From contig MU054187.1 in the NCBI GenBank assembly GCA_013239625.1, positions 24,492,433 to 24,556,432 of the forward strand: DNA of 64,000 bases, written 5' to 3'. This document shows positions 14,075 through 24,529 of this stretch, in pieces. The notes under the pieces are model-generated. The model saw nothing but the letters and a program-made list of their open reading frames with translations. It was not told the DNA's origin and did not search any database. Source of the stretch: Lama guanicoe (lineage: Eukaryota). The position numbers and the translations under genes are program-made. Position 1 is the stretch's first letter. Each line of letters begins with the position of its first letter.

Positions 14075-14665
14075 TACAGTGTGATTTTTTTTTAAGTCAA
14101 ATAATATCACTTCCCTGCTTAAATCTGTAGCTGCTTCCATAAAACTAGAGTAATGAGACACTTCTAACCACAATGTACCAAGCTCTGCATTTTGGGCTCC
14201 TGCCTATGTCTCCAGATCTCATGATACCCTGCTTTGTTTCTCCCATCTCTCTATGCTCCTGCCACAGAGTCTCATTGTTACTCTTTAAAACTCCCAGTTC
14301 ATCCCCACCTCGCTGTCTTGGCACTTGCCATTCCCTCTGCCTGGAATACTCTTTTTGTAGATCTTAGCATGACTGGTTCTTCAGGCCTTCAGGAGGCCTT
14401 CATGAAATTAGCCAGCACCAACACAGTATCACAAAACTTTCTGCATTTTCTTTCTAGTATGCATTGCTATCAACAGCTAAAATTATCATATATATATATA
14501 TGAAATATATATATATATATTTGCTTTGTATTTCCTGTCTGTCTCCTTCCAACAAAATATAAGCCCCTTGAGGGCAAGTAGCTTATTCTTTTATCACTGA
14601 AAATTCTATACCTAATATAGAGCCTGGTGGATTCAATAAATGTTTATTAAAAGAAGTAAATGAAA
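14075..14665 (+). mobile_element. L2 LINE 3' remnant containing a (TA)n tract
   Basis: TCACTTCCCTGCTTAAA, GCACTTGCCATTCCCTCTGCCTGGAATACTCTT, ATAAGCCCCTTGAGGGCAAG, ending TCAATAAATGTTTATTAAAAGAAG. (TA)n at ~14487-14520. Confidence 0.75.
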
Positions 14666-14889
14666 AACACAGCTTTTATTATATATTATATGGTATTTCA
14701 CTAAGATGTCTACATGTCTGTCTTTCTCCCTAGATTGTAAACTTCTTGAGACCAGGCACTATGTATTAATTCCACATTCCTCCACAGCGTTTAGCATAAC
14801 AGACTATCATAGTAGACATTCAATAGAAGTTTCTGATTGGAATTGAATTGAGCAGCTCTGTCCTTCACTGAGCTGCGCTTATCTTCCTA

Positions 14890-15060
14890 AGCGTAGAGAG
14901 CATTAGATCCAGGAAAACTCAGCCCCAGCTCTGCTACTTAGGAGTTGTGTGACCACTGTCAAGCTGCTGAATGTCTCTGAGTCACGGATTGCTCACGTGA
15001 AAAATAGGAATGATGAAATGTCTCTGCTTAAGGCACAAGGTAGTTGTGAGGATTAAATTA
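14890..15060 (+). mobile_element. MIR SINE remnant
   Basis: CCCCAGCTCTGCTACTTAGGAGTTGTGTGACC...TCTCTGAGTCAC...TGAAAAATAGGAATGATGA...GTTGTGAGGATTAAAT. Confidence 0.7.
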
Positions 15061-15193
15061 CCTGTGCGCTTTTCTCTCAGATTAAACTACAAACTGTTCA
15101 AGGGCAGAGATAATAATGGCTACTTTTTTGCCTCATCTATATATGGTAACCTCATACCGTGTGCATAGATATCAATCATCATAGCTATGATTT

Positions 15194-15735
15194 GCAGCAC
15201 TATTTACAATAGCCAAGTCATGGAAGCAACCCAAATGTCCATTGACAGATGATTGGATGAAGAAGTTGACGTGCGCAATGGAGTACTACTCAGCCATAAA
15301 AAAGAATGAAATAATGCCATTTGCAGCAATATGGATGGACCTGGAGATCATCATACCAAGTGAACTTAAGCCAGAAAAAGAAAGAAAAATACCATATGAT
15401 ATCACTTATATGAGGAATTAAAAATAAGACACAAATGAACTTATTTACAAAACAGAAACACACTCACAAATATAAAAAAACAAATTTATGGTTACCAAGG
15501 AAGGAAGGAGAGGTGGAGAGGTTAAGTGGGATTTGCAGATACTAACTACATAAAATAGATAAACAACAAGGTCCTACTCTGGAGCACAGGGAACTATGTT
15601 CAATACCTTGTAACAGCCTATAATGAAAGAGAATATAAAAAGGAATGTATGTGTATGTACAGCTGAGTCTCTATGCTGTATATTAGAAATTAATGTAACA
15701 CTGTAAACCAACTGTACTTTAATAAAAATAAAACA
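15194..15735 (+). mobile_element. 5'-truncated L1 (ORF2 end, 3'UTR and A-tail) inserted into a MIR
   Basis: GCAGCACTATTTACAATAGCCAAG...ATGGATGGACCTGGAG...AATAAAAATAAAA. Shared CTATGATTT at 15185-15193 and 15736-15744 is a likely TSD remnant. MIR-like sequence resumes at ~15745-15940. Confidence 0.92.
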
Positions 15736-15974
15736 CTATGATTTATTGGAGACCTACTCTGTGACATGCTATAGTAGGCATCTTTCATTTGCTACTTTAT
15801 TTAATTTAATCCTTAAAACCACCACATAAAATTGAATATTAGAATACTCACTTTATAGAGGAGAAAAATTGATACCTACAGAGATGAAGAAATTTGCATA
15901 AAGGCATGGAGTTAATCACTGTCAATGCTGGGATTTGATAAGTCTGTGTGAATAACTAATTTCAAGTGCTAATA

Positions 15975-15975
15975 T

Positions 15976-16024
<49 letters not shown>

Positions 16025-16059
16025 ATCGAGTTATAGTCAGTTTACAATGTTGTGTCAAT
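15975..16059 (-). mobile_element. L1 3' tip with (TTTA)n tail: left half of the element interrupted by the retrocopy
   Basis: (TTTA)n at ~15975-16023, then GAGTTATAGTCAGTTTACAATGTTGTGTCAAT, like the L1 ends at 6922 and 62975. Confidence 0.9.
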
Positions 16060-18642
16060 TTTTCTCTTTTTTTTTTTCTTTGGGGTTTTGGAAAAATTTT
16101 ATTGCGTTTTGTTTCCATATGGAAGGAAGCACGTACAGAATTGAAAAGAGGCGGCATGTTCCACTTATTCTTCTGAAAGATCACAAGGCTAGATGAGCTC
16201 TCTCCCTACCCAGGGCTGATTTGATAAACCTCACCCCCACCCTACCCAAGCAAAGGATTAAAAAGAGGTTTGTGATGATGGCTTTAAAAAAAAAAAAATC
16301 CACGTGAGAAGTCGCGGAGGGTCAGTATTCAGACTTCCGTGATTTCTGCATTTGACGCGCACTCCGCCTCCCCTCACCCTCCACCCCAGCGCTGTCTTCG
16401 GGCCCTTCCTCCCCCAGACGAACCCCACATACAGGTGGGTACATGGAGAAGCGCGGCCTGGGCGGCGCGGGCTCAGGCGAACCTGCCGACTCCAGTGGAC
16501 AGGATGGCCTCTCTCAACTTCTTCGCGTTGTGGTCAGCCCCACGCCGGGACCGCAGTCTCCCAGGTTACAATATAGACCAGACATGGTTATGTCCACATT
16601 CTGGGGTCTAAAAATCTCAGAAAGTGAACCCACTGCACAGATCTACAAAACGAGGAAGGGGCTGACGGTAGGACCGCGGCTGCTTCACTGAGGAGTAACA
16701 CGCTCGCTACGGAAGGCAGGGAGGGGGCGGTAAGAGAGTCAGCAGATGCAGCAAAGGAAAACGTAGCTTGCCTGGAATTGCGTAATTTTCTTCTTCTTTT
16801 GTTGTGTAAGGCATTTTGAACTGGAAAAACTTCGTTCCTTCACATTCTTCCAAATAATCAGTTAGAATGTAATTCGAGATTCAGAATACAAATAAGACCC
16901 CTTTCATCTCCACCCCACGACCGCCAGAGTCATTCTACACACCCGGGGCCCATAAAGTACAAGGCAGGCAGTTGATCTGGGGAATTAGGAGGCGAGTCGT
17001 GTTCACATGGGGGCTGAGGCTGCCGTGTTCAGGGCCCTTCTTAGGGCTCCAGCCCTGATCCCCGCCCTCTCAGGCCACAAGCGGTAAGAATCCCTCTTGG
17101 GCGAGGTTTTAAGTCCCATCGGGGTGCCCACCACTGCACTCCTGGGCAGGGGGAGTCCCGGGCCCTCCTGGCTCTCCTATGCGTCCCCAACCAGGCATCC
17201 GGGCCGGTCCTTCTACGCACAAATGTCACGACTCAGTTAGTACAAGGGGGCATGGCCTGGAGACAGCACCCTCCACGTTTGTCATGCCAGACAGACAGCA
17301 GAGAGGAAATCAGAGGCCAGAGAAGTGATTTTAAAAAAGGAAAAAAGAAGAGCAGCTTCAGTCATGAAAAGAATAGAAAGGATGATCTTTTAAAAATGAA
17401 ACATAGGGTTGTTTTTTTTTTTTTTCTCTCTCTCTCTGCAAGGCTCGGCCATTTTACTTGAACTTGAGACATTAAAAAAAGAGTTTTAGAGTAGTTGTTT
17501 CGCTTTTTCAGTTTAAACATTCATGAGAACAGATCAGACGGTAGTGCTGGGACGTGGTTTGTGTCTGAGTGGCAACGCTGGCCAGGGGTCCTTCGGACCA
17601 CACACTGGTCCGGGTCTGCCTCCCTTCATCTGGTGAGGCAAAGGGGCTGGCCCAGCCTAGAGAAAGGGTGGCCAAAAACGGCTTTCATGTTCATCCATTT
17701 TGTTTTTTCAGCCCATCTTCTCTCTTCCTTTTTCAGTTGTTCTATTCCCGTTTCGTCCTTGCAGATGGAGTGCAGCTGGGCCCGAACATCACCGCCGTGA
17801 AAGCGAGGAAGAGCACCCCCTCGGAGCACAGCAGGGTGAGGAGGATCACCGGGGTGGGCGGCGAGACGCGGCTGCACTCCGCCCAGCCTTCTTCGGAGCA
17901 CTGCAGGAAGTGGGGTCCCACCCTGCTGAGGGCGTGCAGGGAAATGAGAGCTCCGTACATGGCAAACAGGACGAAGTACTTCCGGTTGTTCTCACCGACG
18001 CATTACTGACAGCGGTGGTCCGTCTTCCGAATGCACCGCTGACGGACACTGCAGGGGCGGACGCCGTCGGGCTTGATGCTGTGCACTTGGGACACTCGTA
18101 CACCACCTGTCCCAGCTTCCGCTGTAAACTCTCCGTGAATTCTATGGTGGCATTTTCTTTGGGCACAGCCCCGGGGTCCGTCAGCATGGCCCGGCAGTGG
18201 GAAGCCAGGGCCAAGAAGGCCAGCAGGTTGAATGCAACTCCATTGATGACGCTGTACCCGTAGTCTCGGGATGGAATCAGCATGACAAAGAGGACCACGA
18301 ACTCCGCGTAGGCGACCAGAAACCAGGTGACGATGGCACAGGCAGTGCCACAGCCGCCGTGGATAAACCACATGGTTCCCACAGGGCTGGGGTGGGGCGG
18401 TGGGACGCACTTCTCCGGCTGGAGGTATCTGGCTTCCGCCCAATGTCTCGGAGGCGATGGGCGGGGATAAGCATCATAAGCTGTTCCGTTCACACTGGCA
18501 TAGTGAAGCCGGAGGCAGGTCCCCAGTCCCCAGCTCCCAGACCCGGCCTCGCGCTGCAGAGATGGCTCCCTGGACCCGGCCAGACAGGGCGGCGCGCAGG
18601 AGAAGCCCATCGAGCTCCCGGCGCTGGTGTCCGCGGCGGCTC
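16060..18642 (-). pseudogene. ZDHHC3: Full-length processed pseudogene of the palmitoyltransferase ZDHHC3 (GODZ)
   Basis: Translations [27 protein letters not shown]...[20 protein letters not shown]...[17 protein letters not shown] and [38 protein letters not shown] match ZDHHC3 with no introns. ATG at 18477. The ancestral stop is now CGA at 17593-17595. DHHC reads DHRC followed by TAA, and there are several frameshifts. AATAAA at 16098-16103, poly(A) at 16060-16081. TSD CAATG(T/C)TGTGTCAAT at 16045-16059 and 18643-18657. Confidence 0.97.
16098..16103 (-). terminator. Polyadenylation signal AATAAA of the retrocopied ZDHHC3 mRNA
   Basis: tttatt on the + strand, ~16 nt from the start of the poly(A) remnant (T-run 16060-16081). 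Confidence 0.88.
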
Positions 18643-18826
18643 CAATGCTGTGTCAATGTCTGGTGTACAGCACAATGCTTGTCATACAGGACTAGACATA
18701 TATTCATTTCCAAATTCTTTTTCACTGTGAGCTACTATAAGATATTGAATATATTTCCCTGTGCTATGCAGTATAAACTTGTTTGACTATTTTATATATA
18801 TATATACCAGTCAGTATCTGCAAATT
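18643..18826 (-). mobile_element. L1 3'UTR fragment: right half of the element interrupted by the retrocopy
   Basis: Resumes the L1 tail exactly where 16059 stops (TGTGTCAATGTCTGGTGTACAGCACAATG...ATATTTCCCTGTGCTATGCAGTATAAAC...CAGTATCTGCAAAT). Collinear with 62995-63170. Confidence 0.9.
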
Positions 18827-21273
18827 TTACCATTTTTTTAATTACCCAAGATTCTTTCTTTTCCTGAGAGTTCTCCAGCTGCCTTGATAAACCCTGGGAT
18901 CTGCTAGAAGCTCAAGGAATCCTTGGAGGCTTTTTCTTCAGTTCCTCCCACTTACGACTCTAGCATAGCTAAGGAGTGAGACCGTGGCCTGAATTCGGGC
19001 ATATCTCCCAAGGCACTGGGTCTCCATCAAAGTGAAAGAGGATGGAAGAGAGAAGGCAATTTCACTCTCAGCAGCCGTGGTTCCTGTGCGACACTGCTCT
19101 GTAGTCCCCTGCCGTTGACAGCTTCTGGGGCTGCTTCTCCTCTGTCCCAAGCCTGATCCTTCAGACCTCCCCTCTGTTCGGAGCCCTCCAATAAGCTGGC
19201 TTTGTCTTTAAATTTACCAATTTCTCTTGTTAGCATCATTGGAACTCCAACAGATATGCTATGCAAAAATTTTAAAAATGACATGAATTATAGTAAATTT
19301 TCCAAAAACATTATAATGAATAAATAATAAATATGCTAATGAATGAATGTCCCTACTTATATGTAAGCATATAAAATATTAAATAATAGACTAACCACTA
19401 CATAAAAGTACATCATAAAAAAGGAATGCCACAAGATAGTACATGATTAATTGCCAAATTTAACAGCTCAGGCTGTAAATGCCGCTGGAGATCAGAGGAG
19501 GGAAAGAACACAGCAAGCTTGTGTGATCCAAGGAGCCTTCATAGCTCAATAAGTACTCATTGACTGAAGTCTGGGTATCATTTCCTAAGGTGAAGCCGAG
19601 GAAATTAATGAATGCAATTCTCCCCTCAGAGACACAAAGGGAGGGCTATTGGAATGACTCAGCACATCGTCATTTGAACTGCTCTTCTGCAGGACCCTGC
19701 AATTCACCAAATGCCGGTTACAGAAAGACAGGTTTCAGCCACAGTGGCCTTAAGTGCTTTCAGTCCACAAACCTATAGCAAGCAATATCCCAGACATCAG
19801 GCAAGGTGCCAGAAACTCATAGAGGAGTCAGATTCAGACATCCAGAAGTGCACCATCTAAGTGAAGAATAGACAGGCAGATAGCAAATTATGAAAAACAA
19901 CGCATAATTTCACATAAGAGAATTGTGTAGAGACTGAGGAAGCTCGCAGATGGGGCACTTGACCCCCCTGGAGCACAAGAGAGACTTTAGCCCAGTGTTC
20001 AAGGATGGATAGACTTGACAAAGGAAGAGGCAGAAGAAGAGACATCTAAGAAGAAAGACCCCGATAAGCAGAAATTTAGAAACAAAAATACCAAGTGTAG
20101 GTGTGTGTGGAGGAGGTGGTGACAAGGGAGTAAACGTACGTGGAAAGCAAGAGAGGGCTCATGAAGGGTTTAATATGTGACGCCACTATAGACCCAAGGA
20201 TATAAAAGCCTCCATGACTAGACCCGAGTCTCATGCCTGCCTCTGGAGGCTGGAGAGGAATCACGGTCATTGAAACTACATAAACTGAAAGTGAAAGGGG
20301 ATGATATTGTGGAAGATTATCAGGGAGGTATTATCAGAAGAGTAAATAAATATTGGGTGGGAAATAACTGATAATACCTACTATTATTTCTCTTAAAGAG
20401 AAGATGAAAATGGCTTTATCACAACTTGTTACACCTAGGGACTCAATAATACACTTCTTACTCATGAATAGTAATTCAAGCTTCATAATGTGTAGAAATC
20501 TGTATAAATCTGCAAGCACCACCTGGGCAAAGACATTGTCTCATAACTACCATGCCCAGTGCATAATAGGTGCTCAACTAAACCTTTTTAATAAACAAAT
20601 GAATGGATGCCTACATTACCTTCATTTCATGTTCACCATCAATTTTGTAAGGTGGATATTTTCATTTTATAAACAGGTAACTAATTCAGGTAATTAACAC
20701 TTTTTGGTGAGAAAATACATAATCTGATGAGTTATTTTTCTGGACATTAAATAAGAATAAGTGATTCAAACTTAAGAAGATGGAACTTCTTTGGTGTCTC
20801 TTGTAATGCTGTAATGTTTCCTAGAGAAAAAAAAAAAAACAAATTCTGAATGGCTGGTTTCTTTTGCTATAGTGACACCTACTGTTACAGCCAATACTTT
20901 GTTTTTAGAAATATTTGGAAACTAACAATATGTTTAAGCTCTTATGAAAAGTCTGCTACTATGATTTTTATTTTAGTGGTTTAACTTATGAATTATAATA
21001 TTTAGGAAGGTTAAAAAATACGTAATTTATACACCTTGAAATATGTATAAGTGGTGTTATCAAATACTATTATGTTATTGGCATAATAAAATTACATTGC
21101 CAAATCTGTCTACATATATACACTTACCTATATTCATATTACATATGTACATATAAGGCATAGTAAAGAATAATTCCAATACTTTTAATACTAAGCCTAG
21201 AAAACTTTAGACATTTTTACAGCTTAGTAAGTCTTGTAAATTTGAAATGCAGTATTAAAATAGTAGAATGCTG

Positions 21274-21496
21274 CGGGAAGAGGGTATAGCTCAGTGGTAG
21301 AGTTCATGCCTAGCATGCAGGATGTCTTGGGTTCAATCCCCAGGACCTCCACTAAAAAAAATAAATAAACCTAATCACCCTCCCCCCACCAAAAGAAAAT
21401 AAAGTCAAAAAAAATACTCTATATATTGTTAAAAAAATACTCTATATATTTAAAAATTAATAAATAAACAAATAAAAAGTCTCTCTTTAAAAAAAT
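21274..21496 (+). mobile_element. tRNA-derived SINE (camelid Vic-1-like) with extended A-rich tail
   Basis: A box TAGCTCAGTGG, B box GGTTCAATCCC, then CCTCCACTAAAAAAAATAAATAAACCTAATCACC. GTAGAATG flanks both sides (21263-21270, 21497-21504). The tail contains a duplicated AAAAAAATACTCTATATATT. Confidence 0.9.
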
Positions 21497-21859
21497 GTAG
21501 AATGTCTACTCCAAGGTGTTCAGAATAATACTAAAGTGTATATTTTAAATAATATTAATAATAACCAATGGACACATTTATGCTCACTTTATTTAATAAA
21601 TTTTAAATTCTAATTTTTTTTCTCTTTTAAGGACTAGAAAGGACCCTTAGAGGACACTAGGCCCACTTCACAGAGTCTAAGAAACTTGCATTTAAATTCG
21701 CTTCAGGGCTCTAAGTGGCTGCCCTGTCCCTGCAGCTCTCTGGAAATGGAAAGGTGATGTCTTCCTCACATTGTTAATATCAGTATTGTTAAGACATCTT
21801 CAGTTTTCATTTTGATGAAACAAATGCAACAATTACCTAAAGCTGTCTAGGTCAGGAAC

Positions 21860-22095
21860 TGGCTAACATTAGCTAAAGTGTATTGACTGCTTTCTGTGCA
21901 ACCAGGCCACGCTAACTGTTTTACAAACATTTCTTGCTTAATGCTCACAATTAAAATCCCGAAGTCCTACAACTTCGTGTTGTAAACCAGGAAACTGAGG
22001 CACGAGATGTCAAGTTACTTGCCCTAGGTGAAACAGCTAGTTAGTGGCAGCTGGAAATATTATACCCAAAGCATTCAGACTCCAGAGGCCAGAGC
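21860..22095 (-). mobile_element. MIR SINE remnant
   Basis: TTAATGCTCACAAT...GGAAACTGAGGCACGAGATGTCAAGTTACTTGCCCTAGGTGAAACAGCTAGTTAGTGGCAG...GACTCCAGAGGCC. Confidence 0.75.
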
Positions 22096-24124
22096 CCAAC
22101 CTAGGGTCACCTACAGATAATGGGACACATGAAAAATAGTATGAATTTTAAAAGGGAAAAGGGGACATTTGAGGAATGATAATGTCACATATAAGGGAAA
22201 ACCTCTGAATATCCATGCTCCCCCTCTGCAATCCTTGCCCCAATACTCCAAGCAGGATGTAACCAAGTGGGATAAACTGGGCATAAAATGATTAACACCA
22301 TATACCTGATCAACCCAATAGCACAATTTTCACTTGTGCAAAAACATGCTTTTTAGAAAATATACACGGCTACAATAATTCAAAAATCCAGAAATAAAGT
22401 ATCCCATAGAAACCATGAAGCAAAAAAACATTAATCACGATGGTCATCAGAGCATACTGCTGACTGTAAATATCTTAACATAGTTAAAAGTGGGCTGCAA
22501 ACAGCAACAAACTCAAACATTGTTAGAACTAAAATGGAAAAGAATCTCAGAGTTGGAGATCTTTTCTAGCATCTCAAGGATGAACTATTAAAAGCAGAGA
22601 GTCAAGGGAACTTCCTGAAAAGACAGATTTCATAGCTACCAGCATTCTTATTTATTTGAAGCAATTTCATTTAGAGATATAGATGAAAATACTTGATGAC
22701 ATCTGCATGGATATAGATTATCTTTATCTAAGCTTAGCCCCCCTGCCTGGTCGTCCACATTATCACAAAACTATAATAATAAGAAAAAACAGTCAATATG
22801 TATATATTGAAGAAAATATTAGGCAGGAACTAGGAAGGACAGAAAGAAATACAAGAATGTTGAAAACGCAAGCAAGTTGGTAGAGAAATTATTCTCACAT
22901 TAAAAAGTAATTAACAATATCAGACAGATATTCCAACTTGGATCATTACAGAGGACTCCCAAATAGTTAGGGATTATGAAGTGTATTTTTTTAATTGATT
23001 ATTTGATCTATGCAAAGAACAGGGAAATTTTCAGGGCCTGGAGGAGGAGTCAAGTTTAGGGAAAAATGTGAGGTCAAGACAGTTCAATACCCAGAGACAG
23101 TGCTGAATTAGTGTCGCCTCATAACTTACCATGAACTGTGCTGGAAGTGAGACTAAAGAGTTAGTACTTCACTCTATTCAGCAATTGGATTTTGAAAGAT
23201 TTAGTTCATAGTGATGACACTGCAGAAGCAGTATTTGAGGACTAATACCGGCAGAAATGTGGAAGATAGAGAAGGAAGGATAGAGATAAACGTGACCAGG
23301 TGAAGGTCGCTACGTTAGTTCAGGTATGAGACTGCAAGAGTCTGAATTATGCTGGTCATGCTGAAAGAATAAGGGAAAAAATCGGATGATGCTAAGATTA
23401 AATTCAAAGAGCTTGGCGAATAGCAATATCCCGGTGTTAGGCTTTCGTGGGAATGCAGGCCGCAAAGAGCAAGAAGAAAACAAAATAGAGTAATGGCTCT
23501 GATAGATCAGCTATCGTGCTGCCTCAAGCTTTCAGAGTAGCACCCCCATCAAGGAGGGGGTAAGTACCTAGCAGAGGAGAAGAGTAACAGCAAAATCGTT
23601 AAGAACAGAAGAGCTGAAAAGTACAGGGAATGTGCAATGATTGGTGTGGATTTGTTACGTAGAATCAAGAATATTCTCTGAATGGTAATGACGATAAAAG
23701 ACAAGCCAATTCGTGCGAAATCTAGGCTGTCTGGGCCAAGCAACAGAGAAAGATATAGGAGAGAGAAGAAATCAGAAAAAATAAGCAAATGGCAAGCAGC
23801 CAAGGAGACAAGGGAAGAAGTGGCAGGGGAGAATAGAGGCACTGGAGGTGACAAACAGCTGTCACACTGACAAAAGAATAGATTTAACAATGGAGATAGA
23901 GGTGCTAATACCGCTCTGAAGTCTAGCATGACTCCAAGATTAAATGTTCACCATTCACTCACCATTACAGGAACTACTTCCAAGAACAAAAATTAAGAAC
24001 CCATGTGCTAACCAGTCCAGACTGACTCTTAAAGGCAATGGATAGAACACCAGATATACGGCACCTAAAAGGGGAGAAGGAGAGAAATTAAGTGAAAAGA
24101 GAATCCTAGACATTTAAATAATCT

Positions 24125-24455
24125 CCTAGCCTTCGCTGTCCATCTGATGGAAATGTTCTTCCCTGGGATCTTCCTAAAGCACCGAACGCCCCTTCATTCT
24201 GTCCCTGAACAAATGTCACTTTCTTGACCTCACTAACTAAATGAACCACTCAGTCAGTCAGCTCAGTCACTCTTTAACATGCTCGTGTGTTTCTGGTTTT
24301 CTTTATAGAACTTACTGCTAACTGAAATTATCTTATGCCTTTATTTTTGAGTATTTTATTTTATGCCTTGACTTAGGACAAAGATATCATTTTTCTTGTT
24401 CATCACTGCATTTATAGTTTTGAAAAGTGCCTAAATGTTTGTTGACGGAATAAAT
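24125..24455 (+). mobile_element. L2 LINE 3' remnant
   Basis: GCTGTCCATCTGATGGAAATGTTCTTCCC...CAAATGTCACTTTCTT...TTTTTCTTGTTCATCACTGCAT...AAATGTTTGTTGACGGAATAAAT. Confidence 0.6.
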
Positions 24456-24529
24456 AACCACATTTTCACACTGATATTCTAATTCACACAAACCTAGGCT
24501 GAAATTCTGACTCAGCCATCTACAGGCCT

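Noticed and set aside
17593..18477. Functional ZDHHC3 retrogene
   Set aside because: Multiple frameshifts, DHHC changed to DHRC, an in-frame TAA and loss of zinc-binding Cys/His residues.
17495..18786. Several overlapping plus-strand ORFs of 101-187 aa
   Set aside because: They are antisense shadows of the GC-rich, stop-poor ZDHHC3 retrocopy with no recognisable protein similarity.
21274..21352. tRNA-Ala-like genes (also at 47411, 48010 and 55222)
   Set aside because: Each is followed by the same non-tRNA A-rich tail and some have TSDs, so these are SINE heads, not tRNA genes.
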